NCBI GenBank assembly: GCA_039024555.1
Contig: JBCCQQ010000002.1
Span: forward strand, 32,001 to 96,000
Length of the DNA: 64,000 nucleotides
DNA from: Cyanobacteria bacterium P01_D01_bin.156
GTDB lineage: Bacteria > Cyanobacteriota > Cyanobacteriia > Phormidesmidales > Phormidesmidaceae
Direction: 5' to 3'
The translations under genes and the position numbers were made by a program. A model generated the notes under the pieces. It was not told the origin of the DNA. It saw only the letters and a program-made list of their open reading frames with translations, and searched no databases. Positions 20,407-29,353 of this stretch are shown piece after piece. Position 1 is the first letter of the stretch. Each line of letters starts with the position of its first letter.

Positions 20407-20733
20407 CTAGATACATTCATCTGCTTGCATCGACCATAGAAGTGTGTTGAGTTGTACAACTTTTTCACTATGGCGCTGACACAAAACATACCGGTAGGCA
20501 TCAGCCAATCGCACTGCCAATTGTTGCTCAACTGTAGTAGCTTCATCACGAGACTGGCATGGCAGTGATAACAATGGTTGCATTGTAGGATTCAAAAGTA
20601 TTGCACTTAACCTTAAAAACAGGTTACTGTCCCAGACCATATAGACTTCAGCCTCCGATATAAGTGTTAAATGGGATTTTGCTAGACAACAAATTACATC
20701 CCGTAACGGATAGAACTTACACTGGGCAGCCAT
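20407..20733 (-). CDS. Hypothetical protein, 108 aa (paralogue of 20920-21222)
   Basis: MAAQCKFYPLRDVICCLAKSHL...WD..LF..LSA..L.PT.QP.L...SR.EA.TVE...Y..L.QR..EKV.QLN.LL, shared with the neighbour. Confidence 0.8.
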   Translation of the reverse strand: MAAQCKFYPLRDVICCLAKSHLTLISEAEVYMVWDSNLFLRLSAILLNPTMQPLLSLPCQSRDEATTVEQQLAVRLADAYRYVLCQRHSEKVVQLNTLLWSMQADECI

Positions 20734-20862
20734 GGAGAATTTTTCTGAATTTGAAAACAGGTAGATGCTGAATGGAACGACACCAACAACACCTCTTTCC
20801 AGAGTGCCCACAGTCCAGAAACATGACGCTATGTAAGGACACTGACTACATATCCAAGCCAT

Positions 20863-20877
20863 GTCCCCTAAAGGTCA
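20863..20877. promoter_or_regulatory. Candidate LuxR-type box 1 (GTCCCCTAAAGGTCA)
   Basis: Matches the CCCCT-N-AGGGG consensus; ~130 bp upstream of ATG 20733. Confidence 0.45.
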
Positions 20878-20919
20878 TTTCACCATTTGTAAGCCATAGC
20901 TTTTGATCTTTTTTGAAAC

Positions 20920-21222
20920 TTACAACAGCTCGTTCAATTGCTGTACTTTTTCATTTTCACGCTGCTTGAGGATGTGTCGGTAGGTCTGGACTAATGATTT
21001 AGCCATTTCTACTTCGACAGTAGAAGCCTCTGCACGAGAGCGATACCCGGAGGTTAGTGACGGTTGAAGAGTCGGTTGTAAGTAGGTGGCAGACAATTCA
21101 GTAAACAGTGCTTCATCCCAAGCAATACCTGACTCACAAGCCTCAGGAGTAATCGTTAAGTTGGTCTTTGCGATACAACGAATAACGCTACGCAATGGGT
21201 AATGCAGATACTGAGAATCCAT
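20920..21222 (-). CDS. Hypothetical protein, 100 aa (paralogue of 20407-20733)
   Basis: MDSQYLHYPLRSVIRCIAKTNL... aligns end to end with the downstream gene. Confidence 0.82.
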   Translation of the reverse strand: MDSQYLHYPLRSVIRCIAKTNLTITPEACESGIAWDEALFTELSATYLQPTLQPSLTSGYRSRAEASTVEVEMAKSLVQTYRHILKQRENEKVQQLNELL

Positions 21223-21330
21223 AACTAACCAAGCTTCTTTAGAAAAAGGGCACAGTGAATGTAGTGAAGTATACGCCCGTTTTATTCCTTTTATCACTTC
21301 TTTTGTTAAGGTTCCCAGAACTCGCCAGCA

Positions 21331-21345
21331 AACACCTACGTGGTG
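21331..21345. promoter_or_regulatory. Candidate LuxR-type box 2 (AACACCTACGTGGTG)
   Basis: Weaker match to the consensus; ~110 bp upstream of ATG 21222. Confidence 0.3.
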
Positions 21346-21641
21346 ATATATCTATCTGCTGTTCACTGATTTCAGATTATGTCATTGATCAACTCGATTA
21401 AAACAGAGAGACTCCAGGAGAGTGCTTTTAATAGCCTTAATTTTGCCTTGGGTAGCATCAGGATATCTTGGCTCCATTGATTCAAAAAGTCTGACCATTT
21501 CAAGGAGTTCATATTAGTCACCATTAGCCCTGTTTCAACCTTAGTAGGGGAGGTAATCAATCTATGAAAATAGTCATCAAAAAATAAGCTGGACTCCTTG
21601 AGTATCAATTCATCACAGCTTATTTTTGATGTTGGTAGCTT

Positions 21642-21688
21642 TTCTAGCTGAGTAACTCTCACAGAAAATCAGACTTGCTCAGCTAGAA
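21642..21688 (-). terminator. 3' stem-loop downstream of the 188-aa gene
   Basis: TTCTAGCTGAGTAA / TTGCTCAGCTAGAA inverted repeat starting 15 bp after the stop. Confidence 0.55.
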
Positions 21689-21702
21689 GAAGCGCGTGTT
21701 AC

Positions 21703-22269
21703 CTAGGCATCGTAGACCTGCATCACAATACCTGCAACATAACCTGCACCAAGCAGAGCAGGTGCACAGGGATGATCAGACATTTCCACATTGGCAACAG
21801 CAGCAATCGCATAGAAACCAGGGGTCATACCAGCTACCTGGGCAGTACCAGCCCATGCGATCTCATACTCGAATTTATCCTTCTCAGTAGTAATGGAACT
21901 AGTAACATCAACTTCAGTTGCGTTACCACCACAACCTTCGATGCAGAAGTTAACTTTCACATCGATACCAAGGCAAAGCAGCAAGCGAGTTAAAGGAGTG
22001 TTGTTGAAACGAACTTTAGTCTTAAGCTTGAAGACTTCTTCCTTCTCAACAATCTGAGCCTTGTTAGCAGGAGCCACTTGGTAAGGTAGAGCAGGTTCTG
22101 CTACGGAAGCAGACACCTGTAGATGATATAGATCAAACTCTACAGGACCTAGGATATTGTGAGAGTATGTTTCCTCAGCACTAATGAGCTTTGTAATATT
22201 CTCACCTACAGTTGTAGGAGCATCAGGAGAGTTGCCGTAGGGTGCGCCACTGGGAACAGGAATAGACAT
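21703..22269 (-). CDS. Hypothetical beta-rich protein, 188 aa, probably highly expressed
   Basis: SD-like GAGGG before ATG; TTC/AAC/TAC and T-ending codons; alternating hydrophobic strands; similar to 22858-23364. Confidence 0.88.
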   Translation of the reverse strand: MSIPVPSGAPYGNSPDAPTTVGENITKLISAEETYSHNILGPVEFDLYHLQVSASVAEPALPYQVAPANKAQIVEKEEVFKLKTKVRFNNTPLTRLLLCLGIDVKVNFCIEGCGGNATEVDVTSSITTEKDKFEYEIAWAGTAQVAGMTPGFYAIAAVANVEMSDHPCAPALLGAGYVAGIVMQVYDA

Positions 22270-22301
22270 AACGTTTCCCTCTTAAGTTGTTGAAGTTGGG
22301 T

Positions 22302-22375
22302 AATAGCAGCATGGGTGAAAATCTCAAGAAAGGAGGCTTGTGCTACCTTTGAAATTTCCTTCACTTGCTTGCTAC
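22302..22375 (-). promoter_or_regulatory. Structured 5' leader of the 188-aa gene
   Basis: Minus strand TAGCAAGCA...TGCTGCTA outer stem with GTGAA/TTCAC, AATTTCAA/TTGAGATT and AAAGG/CCTTT inner pairings. Confidence 0.5.
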
Positions 22376-22410
22376 AAATCCATAATGGCTAACTCATCTT
22401 GATTTGAGAA

Positions 22411-22425
22411 TTCCCCTAAGGGGAT
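22411..22425. promoter_or_regulatory. Candidate LuxR-type box 3 (perfect palindrome TCCCCT-A-AGGGGA)
   Basis: 13-bp palindrome 22412-22424, centre 31 bp upstream of a CATTAT -10-like hexamer on the minus strand. Confidence 0.6.
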
Positions 22426-22660
22426 ACCTTAATAGTTATTCCAAGCATCACAATTAAACCAATTCTAGAGTCAGTGAATATCTTTGAATCTGCCCAATCA
22501 AAGCAGAATTTAATACTATTAGCAAGACAGCTTTAATTATCTACTATTAACAGGATTGGCACATATAGAAAAACAAAAAATCCCAGAAAATCGTTCTAAA
22601 TTCTTGTCATATCCACATTTAAGCTTAATTACAACCAATCACTAATGCGAATTTACTAGG

Positions 22661-22675
22661 TACCTCTACAGGGTA
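22661..22675. promoter_or_regulatory. Candidate LuxR-type box 4 (TACCTCTACAGGGTA)
   Basis: Imperfect palindrome matching the consensus; ~185 bp upstream of ATG 22858. Confidence 0.45.
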
Positions 22676-22857
22676 GTTTTAGTGCAAAAATTGACCCGAT
22701 TTTCTGGAAAACTTGGTTTACATTCTGTAAAAGAAACTGGCATTGCTAAAACTCAAAATCATCAGCTTAGCTACATGCCTTGATGGCATAGCGTGTTTTA
22801 CCGCTCGTCCCATGGGCCACATCAGCCACCCTCTTGCACATCCAACATTAGTGAACA

Positions 22858-23364
22858 ATGAGTGACGCTACCATACACAGTCTGCCAATCATTTGTACAG
22901 CGCATGGACTCAGTGTTGTAACGGCTAACTCAGATCAGACGTCAGGCCATGGGATCTTGCCGCATGACGCTCCCTTCACAGCCCAAGTCGCCTTATCTTT
23001 CGACGCCAGTAACGCTGTTGCCCTATTAGCGTTGAACCCGACTATTCAAATTGATTTCTATATCAAGCCCCTGCAGGCAGGCAGCACGATTGATGTCGGC
23101 AACATTGCCCTGGTAACCAACAGCCAAGAGCGCCTCTATACTCTGCAGCTAGACATAGCCTCACCAGCAGAGTTGAATTTGGATAAAAGCAAGGTATACC
23201 GTTTAGGAGCTTTGGTTCGCATTGGAGCACCAGAAAACCCAGCTCTTCTGTGTGGTGTAGTAGAAGAGCTGATGATCCAACTGTATACATCTGAGAAATT
23301 ATCTCAAGCTTCTAAAAAGGCTCAAAAAAACACATCTAAAAAGCACTTTAAAACTAAAAAATAA
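22858..23364 (+). CDS. Hypothetical beta-rich protein, 168 aa, with Lys-rich tail (distant paralogue of 21703-22269)
   Basis: F.....F...LLAL...I.F....IDV....T....Y...Y.LGALV.I...PALL.G.V...IQLY pattern shared with the divergent gene. Confidence 0.82.
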   Translation: MSDATIHSLPIICTAHGLSVVTANSDQTSGHGILPHDAPFTAQVALSFDASNAVALLALNPTIQIDFYIKPLQAGSTIDVGNIALVTNSQERLYTLQLDIASPAELNLDKSKVYRLGALVRIGAPENPALLCGVVEELMIQLYTSEKLSQASKKAQKNTSKKHFKTKK

Positions 23365-23391
23365 CCGCTTTTTTGGCAAAAAGCAGTTTTT
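23363..23391 (+). terminator. Possible intrinsic terminator
   Basis: GCTTTTT-TGGC-AAAAAGC stem followed by a T run right after the stop. Confidence 0.45.
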
Positions 23392-23629
23392 CCATCACTT
23401 AGCGTGAAGGTTTATCTATATGATAAACTCTGACATTTCAAGTTCAATTTCGAAGAGAAATCACAATAGATTATCCCTAGAAATTCATCTTTTTTATCAA
23501 TAGTATTGAATTAAAATTATCATTTTATTTCAGCAATTAGGGATCTCCAAACTTATCTAGAAGATCCCAAATACAGATTACAAAATTATGAACTAGATAA
23601 CATTCATGGCCCTATATCTAAGAAAAAGA

Positions 23630-24286
23630 TCAAGAGGTATACCTATTAGAGAAATTTGCAGTGCCTAGAGTAGAGTCTTTCTGCTTAGAGTGGATATTTT
23701 TCATATGTTTTTTAACAGTATGGGGAGTAATCCCCAGTTCCACTGCTATTTGCTTATAGGTCAAATCATTACGATGTAACATCCAGACTTCTTTTTCTCG
23801 CGAAGTTAGTCCGTATTGTTGTGCTTCTTCCATCGCAATATGGACAATAGCCTGCTGACGATCTTCAAGCACTAACAACAGACAAGGAGATTCCATCAAA
23901 TTTGTTTTTAACCATCGAGCACGAATATGTAAAATTACACTATCTTGGGTAACGATATCTAATTCGACCAACCAGTTTTGGTGAGGGAACTGGGCCCGAC
24001 TATGGATTAATGATTGACAAATATGTAGGATCTCCTCAGGAATAATTACAATCTCATCTGCAGGCTCTTGATGAAAATGGTCGAGGATATTACAGGCACT
24101 TCGATTAGAGTAAATCAGGTCTCCTTGTTCAGTAAATACGAGGATTCCATCGAGGAATTCTTGATGAAGCTCGGCTAAGAATTGAGTCTCAAGATGTTTC
24201 CTAGACTCTCCTTGATCAGCAATATTGGCTATTGCAGGAATTGCATAAAGATTTTCTAAGTTGGGTTTGATAGCAGGTAATGTCAT
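23630..24286 (-). CDS. LuxR-family HTH transcriptional regulator with N-terminal PAS-like domain
   Basis: DGILVFTEQGDLIYSN PAS-like start; LTSREKEV...TYKQIAVELGITPHTVKKHMKNI LuxR HTH; no receiver domain. Confidence 0.92.
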   Translation of the reverse strand: MTLPAIKPNLENLYAIPAIANIADQGESRKHLETQFLAELHQEFLDGILVFTEQGDLIYSNRSACNILDHFHQEPADEIVIIPEEILHICQSLIHSRAQFPHQNWLVELDIVTQDSVILHIRARWLKTNLMESPCLLLVLEDRQQAIVHIAMEEAQQYGLTSREKEVWMLHRNDLTYKQIAVELGITPHTVKKHMKNIHSKQKDSTLGTANFSNRYTS

Positions 24287-24586
24287 ATATCTAGAGGGAA
24301 CTGATGGCTAATGATTTCTGCTGGAAAGGTCAGACATGGCCGTCGGAGAGTTAAAAACACCGAAATACAGCTAACAATTAAGCTCAACTATTTGATTTCA
24401 GCATATAGGCTAAGAGAGAATATATTTCTCTCTTAGAACTCTCTACTACATTGTCTATGCACCCGCCTATTCAAAGGCTTTAATACACCAAACTCCTGCG
24501 ATCGCAATCTCTCAACATAGAGACTGATTTATCTCTCTGTTAGGTACTTTCACTACAATAGTGCCATCACAATATCTTTTTGCTAT

Positions 24587-24601
24587 CACCCCTCAGGGTA
24601 C
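24587..24601. promoter_or_regulatory. Candidate LuxR-type box 5 (CACCCCTCAGGGTAC), autoregulatory position
   Basis: One mismatch to the CCCCT-N-AGGGG core; centre 31 bp upstream of CACTAT (overlapping TATTGT) on the minus strand, the same spacing as box 3. Confidence 0.55.
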
Positions 24602-24768
24602 TCTTAACGCTCTCTACGCTAGTAATGTCTTTGAAGAGTAGATACAGTGCTGGGAAAAAGGAGCACACAAGTAGACATTTACCGTTTATGTAACCTTCAG
24701 TGAGAAAAAGCACCCTAAGCCCTAAATACTACTGAATACACTACAGGAATAGTCATATCTTTAAAGTC

Positions 24769-24812
24769 AAACGAAAAAACGCCTCGACTACAGTCGAGGC
24801 GTTTTTTCGTTT
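24769..24812 (-). terminator. Rho-independent terminator of rplU-rpmA (bidirectional type)
   Basis: Perfect 21-bp arms AAACGAAAAAACGCCTCGACT / AGTCGAGGCGTTTTTTCGTTT. Confidence 0.9.
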
Positions 24813-24889
24813 AGATGTGGGAATTGTTTGAAATGATTATCTGCCGTTTACTCAGAGTTAAGGCTGCAGATAAACTGACATCCGCTCAA

Positions 24890-25150
24890 CTAAGCCGTTG
24901 CCGGGTAAACACTCACTTTTTTACGGCTCTTACCTTTACGCTCAAAGGTAACTACACCATCAACGAGGGCAAACAGGGTGTCATCACCGCCACGGCCAAC
25001 ATTTTCACCGGGGTGAACCTTGGTACCACGCTGACGAATAATGATATTGCCAGCCCTTACAACTTCACCACCATACTTTTTGACGCCCAGACGCTTTGAA
25101 TTTGAGTCGCGACCATTGCGCGTACTACCCGTACCTTTCTTATGAGCCAT
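24890..25150 (-). CDS. rpmA: 50S ribosomal protein L27
   Basis: [24 protein letters not shown]. Confidence 0.99.
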   Translation of the reverse strand: MAHKKGTGSTRNGRDSNSKRLGVKKYGGEVVRAGNIIIRQRGTKVHPGENVGRGGDDTLFALVDGVVTFERKGKSRKKVSVYPATA

Positions 25151-25208
25151 GATTTACCTCTCCAAGATTTCTCAATTATAAAATGTGGCGTCTGCAACTA
25201 GCCAGATG

Positions 25209-25583
25209 CTACTCTTCTTCACCAGTTGCATCGCTAGCCGTAGCTTCACCCGCAGTAATGGTTTTGCCGCCAATATTAATTGAATCGATCATTAAACGAG
25301 TCAGCTCTTGACGATGACCCCGCTTTTTACGGGTCTTTTTCTTGGGCTTCATCTTATAGACGATAACTTTCTTGCCACGTAAGTGACTGACCACAGTCCC
25401 ACTGACGCTAGCCCCATCGACTAGAGGCTGACCAATACTCGTCTCGTCACCGTCATTCACTAAAAGGACCTTATCAATCGTCACGCTAGCGTCTTCATCA
25501 ACTGCTAGACGATTGATGTCATAAAAGCGGCCAGGCTCAACACGGAGCTGAGTCCCACTCGCTTCAATAATTGCGTATGCCAT
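25209..25583 (-). CDS. rplU: 50S ribosomal protein L21
   Basis: [34 protein letters not shown]. Confidence 0.99.
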   Translation of the reverse strand: MAYAIIEASGTQLRVEPGRFYDINRLAVDEDASVTIDKVLLVNDGDETSIGQPLVDGASVSGTVVSHLRGKKVIVYKMKPKKKTRKKRGHRQELTRLMIDSINIGGKTITAGEATASDATGEEE

Positions 25584-25594
25584 TGAATCTCCCT

Positions 25595-25636
25595 TGCCGT
25601 ACAGGTAGCAAATTTGCTTCAGACCTGATCCGAGCA
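25595..25636 (-). promoter_or_regulatory. Structured rplU leader (L21-leader-like)
   Basis: TGCTCG-GAT-CAGGT...AGCAAATTTGCT-ACCTG-TA-CGGCA nested stems directly 5' of the SD. Confidence 0.55.
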
Positions 25637-25870
25637 GTTTTTTGCACAGAGTCTAATAATCGTCAATTTATGTCGGTACTGTCAAGGGACATTCGACATA
25701 TGTAGGCTTTATAAATTCGTCCTGATTTAATCCGTCTACGTCCGCTTTAAGTAGTTAAATCGAGCTTTGCTGATCCTCGATGTGTCTGTATCGGTTATGT
25801 CTAGACAACTCGTCGGTTATTCAGCAACGGCTCAAATTGTGTTCTCCACAAATAGGAAAATTTCGGGCGT

Positions 25871-26890
25871 ATGTCAGATTTGCTGATGTTGATGGCACAA
25901 CTTACCGCGCCGGAGCCATTAAAAGGCCCTCAGCCAGACATCGATATTTCCTCCATGGCACAAGCAGCTGTAGATAGCGCTAGCCAAATTGGCGGGAATA
26001 TATCGATATCGGCGGTACAAGCAGACACACGCTTGACGCCTAGGTTTTCTAATCAACTGGAAAATCCGATTGAAACACGTCGACAAAAGCTCTTACAGCT
26101 GCAGCAAACGCTTCCCCCGCGCTCTACGGCCTACACAACTCACTCTCAAGCTGTCGACGTTGCCCGTTGGCAAGTCTCGATTAATCTGGGCCCAAAACCT
26201 GCTAGTGGCCCACAGCTCTTTGAACAACGCTGGGCAGCCCTAAAGTCGGGTTCTCTATACACTCGAATTGCGCCCGATAGCTTCCACAGTCAATGGACCA
26301 ATGCCACCTATCAGCCTACCTATGAGGAATGGCGGGGTTTATTGAAACAGGAAGCTGATGCGATCGCAACCGGTCAGGGTAATAATCGTCTAACGGTCGT
26401 CATCGGGGACTCTCTAAGTATGTGGCTACCCCCTGAACTTTTACCCCGCGATCGCTTTTGGTTAAATCAAGGCATTTCTGGCGACACCACCACGGGTATT
26501 TTGCAGCGCCTGTCAACCTTTGCAAATACCAATCCTGACACTATCCACCTCATGGCCGGTGTAAACGACCTTAAAAACGGTGCTAGCAATCAAGAAATTC
26601 TGACAAATCTGCATCAGATCATGGCCCGCCTGCGGCAGCAACACCCCAACGCCCGAATTATCGTCCACTCCATCCTGCCCACCCGTTGGAAAAACATTCC
26701 GGCCCAGCGAGTGCGTGCTCTAAATGTTGGCATTGCCCAGCTCACCACTTACCACCAGCTTGACTACTTAGACCTGCACCCTAGCTTTAGCAACGAGCGA
26801 GGAAATCTTCGTCAAGAACTCACTACAGATGGCCTGCATCTAAATCGCCTGGGTTACCAAGTGTGGCAGCTAGCCATCTTAAATGTATAA
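25871..26890 (+). CDS. SGNH/GDSL hydrolase
   Basis: IGDSLS, NQGISGD, GVND, DGLHLN blocks. Confidence 0.92.
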   Translation: MSDLLMLMAQLTAPEPLKGPQPDIDISSMAQAAVDSASQIGGNISISAVQADTRLTPRFSNQLENPIETRRQKLLQLQQTLPPRSTAYTTHSQAVDVARWQVSINLGPKPASGPQLFEQRWAALKSGSLYTRIAPDSFHSQWTNATYQPTYEEWRGLLKQEADAIATGQGNNRLTVVIGDSLSMWLPPELLPRDRFWLNQGISGDTTTGILQRLSTFANTNPDTIHLMAGVNDLKNGASNQEILTNLHQIMARLRQQHPNARIIVHSILPTRWKNIPAQRVRALNVGIAQLTTYHQLDYLDLHPSFSNERGNLRQELTTDGLHLNRLGYQVWQLAILNV

Positions 26891-26986
26891 ACCTGTTCCA
26901 CAGAGCAAAAAAAGGCGCTTTTCAACCGACCAATCTCCCTCGTAGAATGAAGGGCCAAGGCAACATTCACTAGCAAAAAGCGCCCC

Positions 26987-27799
26987 ATGAAATCCTATCT
27001 GGCTGCAGCTCTGCAAATGACCAGCGTTCCTGATCTGGCAAAAAACCTAACCCAGGCAGAGGAGCTAATTGATCTTGCCGTTCGTCGTGGAGCCGAGTAC
27101 ATCACCCTACCTGAAAACTTCTCATTCCTAGGAGATGAAGCCGGCAAACTCGCCCAAGCTGCTGATATTTGTAGCGCTAGTGAAAAGTTTCTCAAAACTA
27201 TGGCCCAGCGCTATCAAGTCACCATTTTAGGGGGTGGTTATCCAGTGCCCACTAAGGACGGCAGAATCTATAACACCGCACTATTAGTAGATACCCATGG
27301 AGATGTACTATTGCGCTACGAAAAAGTACATCTCTTTGACGTAAATCTCCCCGATGGCAATACTTACCAGGAATCTGCCACGGTTACATCAGGTAAGGAG
27401 CTACCTGCCATTTACTCCACCCCTAATCTTGGCAAACTTGGCATTTCCGTTTGTTATGACGTACGTTTCCCGGAACTCTATCGTCATTTATCGCAATTGG
27501 GTGCGGAAGTAATCACCGTCCCTGCAGCCTTTACTGCTTACACCGGTAAAGATCACTGGCAGGTACTGCTGCAGGCTCGAGCGATTGAAAACACCTGTTA
27601 TGTGATCGCCCCCGCCCAAACTGGGTTTCACAATCATATTCGTCAGTCCCATGGTCATGCCATGATCGTAGACCCCTGGGGAATTGTACTGGCAGATGCA
27701 GGCCAAGACGTAGGCATGGCCATCGCTGAAGTGACGCCATCTCGATTGGGACAGGTACGGCAGCAGATGCCATCCTTAGAGCATCGCGTGTTTGCTTAG
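26987..27799 (+). CDS. Carbon-nitrogen hydrolase (Nit1-like amidase)
   Basis: LPENF (E), YEKVHLFDV (K), VCYDVRFPE (C), ARAIEN, GHAMIVDPWG. Confidence 0.93.
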   Translation: MKSYLAAALQMTSVPDLAKNLTQAEELIDLAVRRGAEYITLPENFSFLGDEAGKLAQAADICSASEKFLKTMAQRYQVTILGGGYPVPTKDGRIYNTALLVDTHGDVLLRYEKVHLFDVNLPDGNTYQESATVTSGKELPAIYSTPNLGKLGISVCYDVRFPELYRHLSQLGAEVITVPAAFTAYTGKDHWQVLLQARAIENTCYVIAPAQTGFHNHIRQSHGHAMIVDPWGIVLADAGQDVGMAIAEVTPSRLGQVRQQMPSLEHRVFA

Positions 27800-27940
27800 G
27801 ACCGCAGCACAGCGAAAAGGTTAGCCTGAGAAAAATATAATTTTTTCCTTAAAGAAAGCAATAAACACTGACTGTATGAGCTAAAAGCAGCGAGCTAACT
27901 CATGTAGAGTAAACAGAATGAGTAAGTTTCTACGGTTCGC

Positions 27941-29353
27941 ATGATCTATCTATCTAGCGGCAATCTGCTGTCAAGCAATGCCGTACCGTTGTTAGCAGAA
28001 GTCAATGAAGCTGAGTTAGGACCCTTGGTTCTAGCCAGCGTCTTACTTAGCCTGATTGTCATCTATCTAGCCGCCAAGCTCGGTGGAGAGCTTTGTGCTC
28101 GGGTAAACTTGCCATCAGTTTTAGGTGAACTTGTAGGCGGTGTACTAGTCGGTGTATCGGCCCTCAATTTGATTGTGTTTCCAGAAGGAGCCGAGCCTGT
28201 CCACTCACTGCTCATGGACTTTGTTCAGTTAACGGCCCATCTGGATGTAGAAGCCTTAGACATAGTTTTTGCCAGCCAAAGTGAGGTCGTCTCTGTTCTG
28301 GCCGAAATTGGCGTTGTCATCCTGCTATTCGAAATTGGCCTAGAATCAGACCTAAAAGAATTAATTCGGGTGGGACCTCAGGCCGCTGTGGTTGCCGTAG
28401 TTGGTGTTGTGGTCCCATTTGTAGCAGGGACAGGCGGACTGATTGCATTTTTTAACGTGGCAACGATTCCAGCTGTATTCGCTGGGGCAGCCCTTACCGC
28501 TACTAGCATTGGCATCACCGCTAAGGTCTTAGCAGAGATGCAAACCCTGAGTTCCAGGGAAGGCCAAATTATTATCGGCGCAGCTGTACTGGATGACGTG
28601 CTTGGCATCATTGTCCTAGCCGTTGTCGCCAGCCTCGCTAAAACCGGTGAAATTGAAATTACCAACGTTATTTTTCTAATTATTGGAGCAGCTGTTTTCT
28701 TAGTGGGCTCTATTTTAGTAGGCCGCCTGTTGAGTCCATTCTTTGTGACAGTTGTGGATCAAATGCAAACCCGTGGTCAAGTACTGATTAGTTCTTTGAT
28801 CTTTGCCTTTGTGCTGTCCTACATTGCTGCGGCCATTCAGCTTGAAGCCATCTTAGGGGCATTTGCCGCTGGCTTGATTTTGGCAGAAACCACTAAACGC
28901 AAAGAACTGGAAGAGCAAATCAGTCCTATCGCGGATATGTTGGTCCCCGTCTTCTTTGTTACAGTCGGTGCCCACACTGATATCAGTGTGCTTAATCCGC
29001 TTAATCCAGCTAACCGTGAAGGCTTAGTGATTGCCTCCTTCTTGGTAGTGGTCGCTATTCTTGGCAAGATTGTTACTGGATTTACCGTATTTGGCCAGGA
29101 AAAAGTCAATCGTCTTGCGATTGGCGTGGGCATGATTCCTCGAGGAGAAGTAGGTTTGGTCTTTGCCGGTGTCGGCGCGGCCAGCGGTGTTCTTTCCGAA
29201 TCTTTGGATGCGGCCATTATCGTTATGGTCATCTTCACCACATTCTTAGCGCCCCCTCTGCTGAGGGTTGTGTTTAACCAGGACGATAATGATCCTAATT
29301 GTCCAACAGATGTAGGTAGTTCACAGGAAATGGCCCAGGCATCTGCGGAATAA
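27941..29353 (+). CDS. nhaS3: CPA2-family Na+/H+ antiporter (NhaS3-like)
   Basis: LLFEIGLESD, ATSIGIT, AAVLDDVLG, GMIPRGEVGLVFA; many TM helices. Confidence 0.88.
   Translation: MIYLSSGNLLSSNAVPLLAEVNEAELGPLVLASVLLSLIVIYLAAKLGGELCARVNLPSVLGELVGGVLVGVSALNLIVFPEGAEPVHSLLMDFVQLTAHLDVEALDIVFASQSEVVSVLAEIGVVILLFEIGLESDLKELIRVGPQAAVVAVVGVVVPFVAGTGGLIAFFNVATIPAVFAGAALTATSIGITAKVLAEMQTLSSREGQIIIGAAVLDDVLGIIVLAVVASLAKTGEIEITNVIFLIIGAAVFLVGSILVGRLLSPFFVTVVDQMQTRGQVLISSLIFAFVLSYIAAAIQLEAILGAFAAGLILAETTKRKELEEQISPIADMLVPVFFVTVGAHTDISVLNPLNPANREGLVIASFLVVVAILGKIVTGFTVFGQEKVNRLAIGVGMIPRGEVGLVFAGVGAASGVLSESLDAAIIVMVIFTTFLAPPLLRVVFNQDDNDPNCPTDVGSSQEMAQASAE

Noticed and set aside
21372..21662. Full 96-aa ORF from the track
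   Set aside because: Its 5' part overlaps the 3' hairpin of the upstream gene and has no SD; only the last 46 codons were kept as a possible remnant
24815..25099. 94-aa plus-strand ORF
   Set aside because: Antisense to rpmA
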